Assembly: GCA_963664705.1 (NCBI GenBank) | Contig: OY761556.1 | Coordinates: forward strand, 5,696,001-5,760,000 | Length of the DNA: 64,000 nucleotides | Reading direction: 5' to 3' | Source of the DNA: Acidobacteriota bacterium | GTDB lineage: Bacteria; Acidobacteriota; UBA6911 | Shown here: positions 1-9,961 of the stretch, in pieces | Layout of the letters: the number at the start of each line of letters is the position of its first letter | Numbering within the stretch: position 1 is the first letter of the stretch | The notes under the pieces: model-generated | Database searches by the model: none | What the model was told of the DNA's origin: nothing | What the model saw: the letters and a program-made list of their open reading frames with translations, nothing else | Translations under genes and position numbers: made by a program

Positions 1-131
1 ATTCAATACTCCACAGTTTGTTTTAGTGGTTAATGGATGGATGGGAGAGCTTCTGATGTCGCCGGTGCGTTTGCCGAGCTTTACTGTAGAATAACAACCT
101 AAACCCAATTAGCTTGGATTTGTTGTCATTT

Positions 132-749
132 TTACGTCGGGTCTACCGGCCTGGGGGCAACACCTATGATGTAGTAGATGTAAACGTCACAACCATAGAC
201 GAGAAGATCCCTCAACAACGGGTATTCAGCGCTATTATTTTCAAATCTATTCTCCTCCGCCCAGTCTATAGGTATATCCAGAATTGGATTAAGTAACGAC
301 ACAACGGCCGGCAGAATGCGCCACAATCCGGTCTCCTTGTCGCGCTCAAGAATTTTGGGCTTATCGGGCCCGGTAGCTAAGCGATACCGCCAAATTAGCG
401 CAAGCAGCCAATCCGGGTAAAAAATCATTTCTCCGTCCAGCCCAATGAAGGTTGAATATTCCGTTTTCGGTGCAGGAAATGTTCGGAGATACTCTTTTAG
501 GGCTGAGCGGTATTGGTCTTCTGATCGAAAATTATCTCTTTGGGGAATCCCGACGATATCAAGATTTTGGTGCAGAGCTTTTAATCCTGCCATTATCCGG
601 CGTGCCTGGCAAATCCCTTCAATGTCATTTCTGCGCGCCCTAAAAAATGATTTTGTATCAATCGAATTTTCCGTTCTTCTGCTTTTAGTATGATTGTCTT
701 TACGATCACTGCTACGGCTGTAAATATCGTTTGTCTGTTTATTTTTCAT
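132..749 (-). CDS. hypothetical protein
   Basis: 205-aa ORF, co-oriented with neighbouring small MGE-type ORFs; no motif recognised. Confidence 0.5.
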   Translation of the reverse strand: MKNKQTNDIYSRSSDRKDNHTKSRRTENSIDTKSFFRARRNDIEGICQARRIMAGLKALHQNLDIVGIPQRDNFRSEDQYRSALKEYLRTFPAPKTEYSTFIGLDGEMIFYPDWLLALIWRYRLATGPDKPKILERDKETGLWRILPAVVSLLNPILDIPIDWAEENRFENNSAEYPLLRDLLVYGCDVYIYYIIGVAPRPVDPT

Positions 750-919
750 ACGGAAAACCTCAGAATTGTGTTTGTGAAATTATCTCTCTGGACCATCCAG
801 AGCAATGTGTCATGCTTTTGAAGCCTGGAAGTCGGAACAAGAGAAGCAGCCTCTTTGCCGATGATAGGGAATTGGCTATGTGGACTCGTATAGACCCGGG
901 TATTCAGAATTCCTCTAGG

Positions 920-1171
920 TTAGCTTCTTTTTTGTCCCGGAGCATAGGTTGCCCTTGGGTCTCGACTGTTGCCATTCCACCAAAGCACGTTTCCACGATT
1001 CTTTCGAAATTCAAATTCCGCTTGTCTCTGAATTTGATTCTCTTCAGAAAAAAGTAGCTTTCCCTTTTCAATCCGGGCAATGCCACGGCGAACAAAATCA
1101 AGTGCTCGCTTGTTGGTTGTATATCTTTTCCCACCCTCAATCGGGTTCATAATTTCTATTATTCTGGACAT
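920..1171 (-). CDS. small hypothetical protein
   Basis: ATG at 1171 (MSRIIE) preceded by GGAGGTTAGAGGT; track ORF extends to 1261. Confidence 0.4.
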   Translation of the reverse strand: MSRIIEIMNPIEGGKRYTTNKRALDFVRRGIARIEKGKLLFSEENQIQRQAEFEFRKNRGNVLWWNGNSRDPRATYAPGQKRS

Positions 1172-1378
1172 ACCTCTAACCTCCTGCTGAGCAAACTCGG
1201 CTTTGATCCGGTGCCGGGTGACCGTGCTAGGTTCAAACAAGCGCAGTATCCTCAGGGACAAAATTCGTGTACAGTTTCTTTATTTCTAAATTAGTGAAGA
1301 AAATTGAAAGTGCTTTTTATTGTGTGATTTACGAGTAGGAATAAGTTAAAAAGGGGAACTGGACATAATTGGACAGAA

Positions 1379-1888
1379 TTATTTGGTTCTCCTACGAGTA
1401 AGCTGTTTTCGTAGAGATTCGCGCACAGATTTCAGCTCTTCTGATTTTTCTGGATTGTCGAACAAGGCAAGCCAATCCTTACCGCCAACGCCGGGAATTT
1501 CTGCTTTATTTTCTCTTTCCAGTTGAGCAAAGACATTCCGCAATTTAGCTGAATCGCGAAGTTCGATGGGCTCCTTTATTCCCGCTGAGTGAAGGGTTTG
1601 AACAATCAAAGTGACATTCCCCTCTTTGGGTCGTCCGGCTTTGAGCATTTTCCTTGTCTTTTGTCGTGGTTTTCTGGTTTTTTCGTCGACCGTGCGCATA
1701 GGCAGAATCAGTGCTTTGAGGTTCCAAGCCGTTTCTACTATGGAATCCAGCTTATCTTTAAGTCTCGCACGTAGGTCTTGAGCACCGGGAACTTTTTTTA
1801 ACTCGTGTAGCCTTTTCCTAATATCTTCCTCTTCATCAGCGAGCTTGTTCAGTTCGTCCATGTAATTTGATGACAATGCCGTCTCCAT
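1379..1888 (-). CDS. hypothetical protein, charged/coiled-coil
   Basis: 169-aa ORF with ATG start and protein-like composition. Confidence 0.6.
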   Translation of the reverse strand: METALSSNYMDELNKLADEEEDIRKRLHELKKVPGAQDLRARLKDKLDSIVETAWNLKALILPMRTVDEKTRKPRQKTRKMLKAGRPKEGNVTLIVQTLHSAGIKEPIELRDSAKLRNVFAQLERENKAEIPGVGGKDWLALFDNPEKSEELKSVRESLRKQLTRRRTK

Positions 1889-2300
1889 AATTTAGTTTCT
1901 ACGAATATAACGGCGATCATAAACCTTCGTTGTATCTGTCTCAACGAGATTCAAGTTTACATGGAATTGAGTGTTCTCCCAGAGGTCTGAAAATATCGGC
2001 AATGCTCCTAGTCAAATTCTGCTAAATACGTGCTTTTATAATTGTAAAAAGTTTGAGTTTGACTGCTGGTCAAGGAAATTGGATAATAAAAGTGCATCAG
2101 GAGTGGTCCCGAGGGACCCGGCAACCGGCAAGGAGACGCACGGTGCCTTGAACCCCATACGGGTTCGATGCGCGGATATAAGGCCGAAACGAGTCTCCGA
2201 AATACGCCGCCGCAATCTGATGGGCGGCATTTTTGTTTTACCTCACCGGCGGCTGTTCCTCCTGATGCCGAATTGTTCATTTTCATGCGGGAGAATAGAT

Positions 2301-2705
2301 ATGTGTGCCGATGGTCAACCCAAACGGAAACGCAAGACCAGGGAAAATCAGGAACCCAGCGAAACCAGCATTGAATATATCCAGCAGGTCCTGCTGCGCC
2401 GGAAAGAGCTGATGGACATATACGGATTTGGGAGTTTAAAGAGGGCCGAAAGGAAACTATTGGAGCAATTACTCCGTGCTCCAAAAATGGATGAGTTAGA
2501 AAAATATCTCCAGGTTGAGGCGGAAATAAAGAAGTTATCTGATCAAATTGCTTTTTGTGACGATCAGTGTGCAGTTTTACCAAAGAGCATTGATTTTTTG
2601 GTAGTGAACATATCGATGCAGGATGGGCATCACCCGTCGTCACGGTGTCCTTGCGGCCCCGATATCCTACTGTATGTGAACGGAGAAGTTGTGGTTCACA
2701 AATAG
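2301..2705 (+). CDS. hypothetical protein
   Basis: 3' part of the 1971..2705 ORF; ATG 2301 with GGGAGA upstream. Confidence 0.4.
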   Translation: MCADGQPKRKRKTRENQEPSETSIEYIQQVLLRRKELMDIYGFGSLKRAERKLLEQLLRAPKMDELEKYLQVEAEIKKLSDQIAFCDDQCAVLPKSIDFLVVNISMQDGHHPSSRCPCGPDILLYVNGEVVVHK

Positions 2706-2734
2706 CACTGTATGTCCTCATTGGAGTGTTGGTG

Positions 2735-2980
2735 ATGGTCGTAATCGTTAAGAACGGTAAGATCGAAACAATCGATGTCGAGCTTGAAAATTACGATAGC
2801 ATCGATTTGTTCTGGTTGTTGTCAGACAAAGCCAGAAGTTGGATAAAGGGCAATGTGCATGTCGAGGACTGGCAAAGGTTCGGGAATGCGCTGGCAGTGG
2901 AGCACAGAATGGCCGGTGATCTTACTCAGGGGATGCTGAATAGCGGACTGATTGTGAAAACCTCAGAACCGGGGACGTGA
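2735..2980 (+). CDS. small phage/MGE-type hypothetical protein
   Basis: ATG 2735 after GGAG; ARSWIKGNV...EDWQRFGNALAVEHR resembles small MGE proteins. Confidence 0.5.
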   Translation: MVVIVKNGKIETIDVELENYDSIDLFWLLSDKARSWIKGNVHVEDWQRFGNALAVEHRMAGDLTQGMLNSGLIVKTSEPGT

Positions 2981-3024
2981 TCGTGATGTAACACCCCATA
3001 AAGTCGCCACGCACTGCTCCCTGC

Positions 3025-3240
3025 TCACACACGCGACATCAGTTGTGAAATGGTCATATCGAATGCAATAGCGAGGACTTCCAGATTGCGGAGGCAGATT
3101 TCTTTTTTCCCGTTTTCCAGATCAGAGATGAAGCTGCGGTCAATGCCAACGTGCTCGGCCATGTAGACCTGGGTCCAGCCACGGCTTTTCCGTAGTTGGC
3201 GTAGCCGTTTTCCAAATCTGATACAAATATCGTTCGACAC
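3025..3240 (-). CDS. XRE-family HTH regulator, similar to R-M controller (C) proteins
   Basis: FGKRLRQLRKSRGWTQ...AEHVGIDRSFISDLENGKK is a classic HTH_3 pattern; 71 aa. Confidence 0.9.
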   Translation of the reverse strand: MSNDICIRFGKRLRQLRKSRGWTQVYMAEHVGIDRSFISDLENGKKEICLRNLEVLAIAFDMTISQLMSRV

Positions 3241-3292
3241 GCTACATATAATGCTTTGTAGGCTTTAGTCGATAAATCGGCTATAGACGACA

Positions 3293-3826
3293 ATGATGAA
3301 ACAGGATACTTGTTTGCCGGGAGGTTCTATGTCGGCCAATTGGATTTGTGGATTTCGCAGAATCGGACTTGTCATTTCATTTCCAATAACGGCACTGATT
3401 GTTTTAACTTGGTACGATCAAATCACGGAATACTCTCCATCCAATTACCAACCTGAGCTAATGGATGACCGCGAAATAAAAGAGACGTCGATCAATACAC
3501 AAATTATTGGAATGGGAAATGATCGTGCATATTTCAATCAAGACGTGCCCAAGAATGTAGCCCAGAAAGTTGCAGGAGATTTTTTGGCAAAACATACCAG
3601 CAAGGACAAGAATGATCTTCTTATGCAAAAGTTTGACAAGGCGGGTCTTCATCCGCCGCCCCTGCCCGGAGAACCAATCAACCTTAACTGGGTATTTACT
3701 ATTGGCAAGAGGGTCAATTATCTTAAATTCGCAGTGCTGATTCTCGGGTCTTTAGGTTGCGTAACATTGACAATCCAAGGCTGCATTTCAGTGGCTGCAT
3801 GGGCCATTGAGGGTTTTAGAAGATAG
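3293..3826 (+). CDS. membrane protein with two TM segments
   Basis: hydrophobic segments IGLVISFPITALIVLTW and FAVLILGSLGCVTLTIQGCISVAAW. Confidence 0.6.
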   Translation: MMKQDTCLPGGSMSANWICGFRRIGLVISFPITALIVLTWYDQITEYSPSNYQPELMDDREIKETSINTQIIGMGNDRAYFNQDVPKNVAQKVAGDFLAKHTSKDKNDLLMQKFDKAGLHPPPLPGEPINLNWVFTIGKRVNYLKFAVLILGSLGCVTLTIQGCISVAAWAIEGFRR

Positions 3827-3887
3827 ACCAACGTGCACCTGGACCATACACCGTTTTACCGAATACTTTTGATATTTCAAGCTGAGA

Positions 3888-6482
3888 TCATGTTCCTCCA
3901 GACGTTGCGGTGGAAACGGTAACCACTTCCGAAATGCTTTCGGTCTGACCGGTCATCAGATTTAAACGGATCTGGCGACTCACGCCGTTTATGGGTTCTA
4001 TGCACTTTGCCGCTACCATCCAAGACATGCCGTTTGCTCGATCTCTTTGTGGTTCCAGCTCAATCATTAACCCGCGTGGCGTAAATCGTGTTCCTATCAC
4101 TGTCACCTCGTTATAGCCGTCTTCGCTCCGGTACATTGCCTTTTCTCCCGGCGCGATTGTCACGACCCAATCTCCTTCCCCGGAAATTACAGCGCTTCCC
4201 GACGGCTCAGCTACAGCCAAACTTAAAATGTTTCTCTTTAAAAGCATGAGATTACGATCAAATGCAGTATTTTGGTATTCCAGCTGTAAGTCGCATGCTT
4301 TATCAATGACCTCCACAAATCTGGATGCAAGCTGTTGAGTTAATCTCAGACTGCCATTAGTTGAATCATAGACGCAGATTCCTTTGCATTGCTGTAGTCC
4401 GATTGGATTCTGTCGAGAATGAAATACTCCAACGCCTAGTTCACGTTCCTGAACACCGCACAGAATGCAAAATGCTTCACGCAGTGCAGAAGCCATCGGT
4501 TCTGAGACTAATGTGGGTTCGGGGAAATACCAACACACTCCAGTGGTGAGAAAAAACCTCGTAATAGGCGCACGACAAAAGTCGGAATTAGGCCCATATT
4601 CGTATCTCGTCTTGTTTCTACCTCTCATTTCATCGAATCCAAGTACTCGCTCACTCACTTGCAGTTCAGCTTCCGCCAGAAAGCCTTTGTCCGACTTTGC
4701 CAGACATAGTATTCCTCCAGGGAATTTGGGAAATACCATCGATTGGGCCAGCGGTTTGGTAGTCCAGTATTTTGAGCGGACCACTTTTATCTCACCGGTT
4801 CGGTAATTGAATCGTTTAACCCTCAGCGGACGAGCCATGTAGTAATAGATCGCGCCCGGGTACGCTTCTCGAAGCGCCTGCGGAAATGAAAGATTACCAA
4901 AAGGCCTACCTGGATAGTCAGTGACCTTAAACTCCTGTTCCATTTGACTGCGGATTGGAAACTCGTGATGCGGACTTCCCGCTGCAGCTCTTTGCTTCAA
5001 TGGGTATAAATCAGATGGCACATCTTCAGTTGGGTCAAGTTCATTCAGAAGTAGACGGACAAAATCTGCGGGCAAGTTATCGAAAACTCCAGGCAAAGGG
5101 GAACTTCTCCCAATCGAACCGTGTTCTCGTGCTGCGCATAGCGCGTTCGCGTACTGAATGTAACGATTATCAAGGTACAACCAGCTGGGCTCCATTTTAC
5201 GCCTGCAGTATTCATTCAGAGAGGTTATTGCCCCCTGATCATCCAGGATCAAGCAGACGGCGGGATGCGTTCGACCAGCTCTTCCTAATCGTTGATAAAA
5301 TGACTTAACGGATGGAGGTGTGCTCATTAGGACAACGATCCGGATTTCACCAATATCCAAACCAAGCTCCAGAGCACTTGTGGAAACAACGCCCGAGAGG
5401 CCACCGTGCGATAAGGAATTCTGAATTTCTTTCCTGTCTTCAACCTCGTACCCTGCCCTGTACGGAAGAATTCGGGACATGATTTCTGGTGGACCCAAAT
5501 CGGTAATTTCCTCTTCCTTATCATCACCGTCTTCTTCTTCACCTATTTCCGGATCGATTCCGGAGTCATCCCGCTTTCGAAGAGCGGCAGCAACCATTCG
5601 CTCCACCATCCTGCGAGAGTCTCCAAAAGCCAAAAATCTGCCTTCGCCCAGTTCCGCCAGCTGAACCAGAAGCTGGACGGTCTTATCGAAGGTGTCGCCG
5701 CCAACACTCCTGCACAACAAAAGCGTTTTCTCCGGACGAGCACTCGTATCATCAGATTCATCGAAAACGCGCATTGTACGTCCAGTCAGTATGTTCATCA
5801 GGTTTTTCGGCTCACCTATTGTTGCTGTGCTACAGATGAACTGAGTCCTGTTTGTCATAGACTGAAAACGACGGATGAAATAGGCCATATTGGTTCCAAA
5901 TACTCCGTCATAAACATGGGCTTCGTCCAGGATCACCAATCGGATTGAATCCAGAAACCGCTTAACTGGCCCTTCGGATACACTGCTCATCATCCATGCA
6001 TGGGCGACATCTGGTGTCATTAGGAGCACACGAGCCTTGGATATAATCTGGTTTCGACTAAGGACCGGTACTCCTCCATCGATGAATCTATGCTGAATTC
6101 CAAAGGGCTTTAGAATCTCTTCCCATTTTTCGAGTTGGTCCTGAATCAATGCCTTTACAGGGTAGAGGGCAATTACGGTGGAACCAGGATCTGCCAGCAA
6201 TTTATTTAGAGCCGCCACCATGAAAACAAGGCTTTTGCCAGATGCCGTAGAAGTCGCCAGGCAAACATCCTCGCCTGCGAGAGCACTAGATATGGCTTGA
6301 CTCTGATGTGCATACAAGCCCTTTGGATATCTTGCCTGAACCAAGTTTTTCAAACGTGAGTCCAGACCTGAAGGAATCGGCTCATAACTTGCCTCTCGGT
6401 GCGGTATTGAACTTCGTTCAGCAATGGAAAATCCGCTTTCCTCCGCCAAGCCAGCTAACAGTTCCGACGTAATCTCTGGCAT
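3888..6482 (-). CDS. SF2 DEAH-box helicase, YprA/MrfA (DUF1998-type) family
   Basis: TSTASGKS, LDEAHVY, STSALELGLDIG, QRLGRAGR, REAYPGAIYY, VYDSTNGSL. Confidence 0.85.
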   Translation of the reverse strand: MPEITSELLAGLAEESGFSIAERSSIPHREASYEPIPSGLDSRLKNLVQARYPKGLYAHQSQAISSALAGEDVCLATSTASGKSLVFMVAALNKLLADPGSTVIALYPVKALIQDQLEKWEEILKPFGIQHRFIDGGVPVLSRNQIISKARVLLMTPDVAHAWMMSSVSEGPVKRFLDSIRLVILDEAHVYDGVFGTNMAYFIRRFQSMTNRTQFICSTATIGEPKNLMNILTGRTMRVFDESDDTSARPEKTLLLCRSVGGDTFDKTVQLLVQLAELGEGRFLAFGDSRRMVERMVAAALRKRDDSGIDPEIGEEEDGDDKEEEITDLGPPEIMSRILPYRAGYEVEDRKEIQNSLSHGGLSGVVSTSALELGLDIGEIRIVVLMSTPPSVKSFYQRLGRAGRTHPAVCLILDDQGAITSLNEYCRRKMEPSWLYLDNRYIQYANALCAAREHGSIGRSSPLPGVFDNLPADFVRLLLNELDPTEDVPSDLYPLKQRAAAGSPHHEFPIRSQMEQEFKVTDYPGRPFGNLSFPQALREAYPGAIYYYMARPLRVKRFNYRTGEIKVVRSKYWTTKPLAQSMVFPKFPGGILCLAKSDKGFLAEAELQVSERVLGFDEMRGRNKTRYEYGPNSDFCRAPITRFFLTTGVCWYFPEPTLVSEPMASALREAFCILCGVQERELGVGVFHSRQNPIGLQQCKGICVYDSTNGSLRLTQQLASRFVEVIDKACDLQLEYQNTAFDRNLMLLKRNILSLAVAEPSGSAVISGEGDWVVTIAPGEKAMYRSEDGYNEVTVIGTRFTPRGLMIELEPQRDRANGMSWMVAAKCIEPINGVSRQIRLNLMTGQTESISEVVTVSTATSGGT

Positions 6483-6724
6483 ACGCCAAATCCTCGTTAA
6501 ATGGAAGCCATACCCGACATATCTCGGAGCAGTAGAAATAAATAAGAGAATTCTAACCTATAGCCTAATAGGATCAACAACTTTGTCTTTCGGAAATTGA
6601 TTTGCGCGTCGGGTGCAATTTAAGGCGCTTGATTATTTCCGGGGTGTCCAGCTATGAATTCCAAAGCGGTACAACCGTTTCACGTTTCCCGATCATCGAG
6701 GTACTCTTTATAGAGGTCGATTGT

Positions 6725-6928
6725 TTGAATGCCAGCATAAAATTGTATCGTTCACGAAAGCATCGAATCATAGCGGGTGTGTGTGGCGGCATTGCAGAGA
6801 AGTACAATATGTCACCCACAACGGTACGGCTATTAGCACTCCTCTCGTGCCTACTGCCGGGGCCGCAGTTTGTGATCTACATTGTGTTATGGATTGTGAT
6901 TCCTAATGCCCCTGAATACTCCGCCTGA
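6725..6928 (+). CDS. PspC-domain membrane protein
   Basis: KLYRSRKHRIIAGVCGGIAEKY...VIYIVLWIVIP; probable TTG start after GAGGT. Confidence 0.85.
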   Translation: MNASIKLYRSRKHRIIAGVCGGIAEKYNMSPTTVRLLALLSCLLPGPQFVIYIVLWIVIPNAPEYSA

Positions 6929-6945
6929 TACGGATTTAAACTTCC

Positions 6946-7656
6946 ATGCCGGACCACCCTGATTTTGCCCAAGAGTTGCTGCATATCAGCAGGCAAGAAT
7001 TGATAGAAATTCAAGAGCAGCTGGGCAATGCCCATCCTACTCCCTGGCAATTAGAAGATGGAATGAACTCTGTTGCCGGGTGCTTTATTTGTTTTCCAAA
7101 AGGACATGAAGGAAAGGGATCAACCGGTGATCTCTGCTGGGCTGCCGTGGCGATGATAAAGAATGGCCTGCTTACAGCAGTTGAAGTTATCAGGGGAGCT
7201 GTTTCTGCCCCATATGAGCCCGGCTTACTCGCATTACGTGAAGGCCCTTTCCTTAAGAGAGTCGTGCAACTCCTTCCAGAAATGCCCGATGTTCTTCTGG
7301 TAAATGCAACGGGGCGCGACCATCCACGCAGAGCTGGGTTAACGGTGCACCTTGGCGCGGCGTTATCGATACCAACAGTCGGCATCACCCGAAATCCGTT
7401 AATTGCTGAGGGAGCCTTGCCTTCAGATGAGCGTGGGGCAAACTCCCCTCTGCGAATCGGTGATCAGACCGTTGGCTGCTGGTTGCGAACGAAACGCGGC
7501 GTGCCGCCACTCGCAATTCATGCCGGGTGGCGTACAACGCCTGAAACCGCCACGATGGTTGTAATGGCGGTTACTGGTCGCTGGCGAACCCCTGAACCGC
7601 TGAGGCAAGCACGAAGTGCTGCCCGCCTCGCACGCACAATGGAACCAGATTCTTAG
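6946..7656 (+). CDS. endonuclease V family protein (divergent active site)
   Basis: PYEPGLLALRE, GRDHPRRAGL..HLG, PTVG, RTPEPLRQA. Confidence 0.8.
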   Translation: MPDHPDFAQELLHISRQELIEIQEQLGNAHPTPWQLEDGMNSVAGCFICFPKGHEGKGSTGDLCWAAVAMIKNGLLTAVEVIRGAVSAPYEPGLLALREGPFLKRVVQLLPEMPDVLLVNATGRDHPRRAGLTVHLGAALSIPTVGITRNPLIAEGALPSDERGANSPLRIGDQTVGCWLRTKRGVPPLAIHAGWRTTPETATMVVMAVTGRWRTPEPLRQARSAARLARTMEPDS

Positions 7657-7683
7657 AATAGGTAATGCTCCCTGTTTACGCCT

Positions 7684-8586
7684 ATGAAAAAGAAAACACA
7701 AGAAGCCGGAAGTGATGAGGAGGTTGATGCTTTGTATCAGCTCCCTTTGAATGAATTCACCAATGCCAGAAATGCACTTGCAGTCCGTTTGAAGAAAGCC
7801 GGGCAAGGCAGCAAATGGGCCAAGGTGAAGAGTCTCATAAAGCCATCTTTGGCAGCCTGGGCCGCAAACCAGCTCTATTGGAAGCACAAGGAGGCTTTCG
7901 AGAATCTAATTACAACCGGCCAGAATTTGCTCCAAGCGCAACTATCCCAGCTCACTGGAAAGCCTGCGGAAATGGATAAGGCACATTCTGAGCAAATTGC
8001 AGCTATTTCTGTTTTGTTGAACTTGTCTGCTGAGCTGGTTCGGGAGAGCGGTCATAACGAGACTCCCCAAATGACTCGCCGCATGAGCAGGACTCTTGAT
8101 GCCCTGTCCATATATCCTGAAGGTGCTGACGCTCCAACCCCGGGAAGGCTAACGGCAGATGTGGAACCGCTGGGCTTTGAGACAATCTCGGCCATGATCC
8201 CGATCAAAGGGTTGGATAAGCCACAGGTCAAAACGAAGAAAGTTATCCCCCTTAAGCCACCGATTGAGAAAGAAACAAAACAGGAGAGAGCGGGTCAATC
8301 ATCCGCAATAGCAAAGACAGCATTGCTCGATGCAGAAAAAAAGGTGCAGGCAATTCGAAAGAAGGTGCAGTCGTTAAACGCTGCCCGAGAAAAGGCAGCG
8401 GCTGAGGTCAATGCGGCAGAAAAGGCGAAGGCTGACGCGGAAGAACGTTACCAAAAGGCAAAGCTATCCGAAGAAGAAGCCCGGAGCCGGTTTGAAATTG
8501 CAGCAACCGAGGCCGATATAGCGGCAACGGAGTTAACTGAAGCTCTACGAAAGATCGAAGATGTACGTCGGAGATTTGAATCATGA
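7684..8586 (+). CDS. hypothetical protein with C-terminal coiled coil
   Basis: LYQLPLNEFTNARNAL..KPSLAAWAANQL N-terminus; Ala/Glu/Lys-rich tail. Confidence 0.75.
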   Translation: MKKKTQEAGSDEEVDALYQLPLNEFTNARNALAVRLKKAGQGSKWAKVKSLIKPSLAAWAANQLYWKHKEAFENLITTGQNLLQAQLSQLTGKPAEMDKAHSEQIAAISVLLNLSAELVRESGHNETPQMTRRMSRTLDALSIYPEGADAPTPGRLTADVEPLGFETISAMIPIKGLDKPQVKTKKVIPLKPPIEKETKQERAGQSSAIAKTALLDAEKKVQAIRKKVQSLNAAREKAAAEVNAAEKAKADAEERYQKAKLSEEEARSRFEIAATEADIAATELTEALRKIEDVRRRFES

Positions 8587-8667
8587 GGAACTCGCCCTCC
8601 GTACGATGCCGCTATTCTCATTTGTGACTATTACCTGATTCAGTTTCATGCATGAAACAACTTTCCA

Positions 8668-9720
8668 TTATTTATGATTTCGGGGACTTTTCTGCCCTTT
8701 GGGTTCGAGTGTGAATTGTAGATTTGGTTCTAGGGGATAGGGGTATCCCTCGGCATACACATACTGGAAATCCTCGTATGGTTGGCCACCGTCAGCGAAT
8801 CTGCAATAGATGTGCGGCTGTGGATAGCATTCGTCGCCTGTTGAATCAACTTCCACGATATTGCGGAATGGAATCCTTCCAAGTCTATATAGTTTAATTT
8901 TACGATATTTTTTATTATCAAATTCCTGTCCGTAATCAATTATCGACCACTGACCTTCACAATTTTGTATGCCTTCCTCGACCCGAAGGATAAAAGCAAT
9001 TCCATTGAAGTAAAAATCCCATACCTCCAGTTTAAACCACCCGCCTATTCCTGGTTTTTGGGAGTCGACATCGGGATACGAGTTGTCATCAATAGAGTGG
9101 ATTATGGCCTCAGAATGAGCAAACTTCTCATAAGGGTGACCCGTTACCTTTTTCCAATCAACTTCTTTGGGAATTTTCAGCAACTCAGTCTTCAACCGTC
9201 TCTTTATGGCTAAGTTTCTGGTGATGGATGCCTCGCGTTGCCTGGCTTCTCTAACGGCAGATATATCGAAATACGAGAATAGAAGATCTTTACGCTCGGC
9301 GTAAAGCCGTGCCTCCAATACCGAGGCAGTCCACAAAAATGGAGTGGCAATGCCTTTTCCTTTCGCATATTTATCGAAAGCCTCATGTGCGGCTCTCGTT
9401 ACATCGCAGGCAACAACAACCAAAAGTACTTCTGGTATGACTTCTGCCTTTTCCAGCGAATCATCAACCGCTTGTTTCAAAGTGCTCTGGTGCGCTGCTA
9501 AATAACGACGACACTGGATATACCAAGCACGATTTGTGTTTTCCTCAACACGTTCGATTGCAAAGATATCTACACCACCATCGCTTCCAAGGCGACCATA
9601 ATGTCTAATATCTATCCACGGACGCATGGAGAAAATTAGCCCCAGACATAAGTCCTCAAATCTTGAAGGGTCCAAATCGGAGAAATGAAGCCTATTTGTA
9701 CTTCGTGTCGGTTTTACCAA
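8668..9720 (-). CDS. Mrr_cat-like PD-(D/E)xK restriction endonuclease domain protein
   Basis: LDPSRFEDLC...GSDGGVDIFA...WYIQCRRY. Confidence 0.8.
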   Translation of the reverse strand: MVKPTRSTNRLHFSDLDPSRFEDLCLGLIFSMRPWIDIRHYGRLGSDGGVDIFAIERVEENTNRAWYIQCRRYLAAHQSTLKQAVDDSLEKAEVIPEVLLVVVACDVTRAAHEAFDKYAKGKGIATPFLWTASVLEARLYAERKDLLFSYFDISAVREARQREASITRNLAIKRRLKTELLKIPKEVDWKKVTGHPYEKFAHSEAIIHSIDDNSYPDVDSQKPGIGGWFKLEVWDFYFNGIAFILRVEEGIQNCEGQWSIIDYGQEFDNKKYRKIKLYRLGRIPFRNIVEVDSTGDECYPQPHIYCRFADGGQPYEDFQYVYAEGYPYPLEPNLQFTLEPKGQKSPRNHK

Positions 9721-9961
9721 GTCTCTTCCTCGCAGAGCTCTATTTTTTTAATCAGCTTCAGTAAATACTCTGATTCGAAACGACAGTGTTTTCGTAAATG
9801 AATTATCACCTCTACGGCTGCAAAGCTGTCGCAATCAGGACCGTGCTGTATTATATTCGTCATTTCATTGTAAAACTCTCATTCTTTGGACTTTCTCTGT
9901 ATCGAAGTTTAGTGCTGCCTGATCAGGCCTCTGCCTTTCGACATGGCGCACCAATTCGGAG

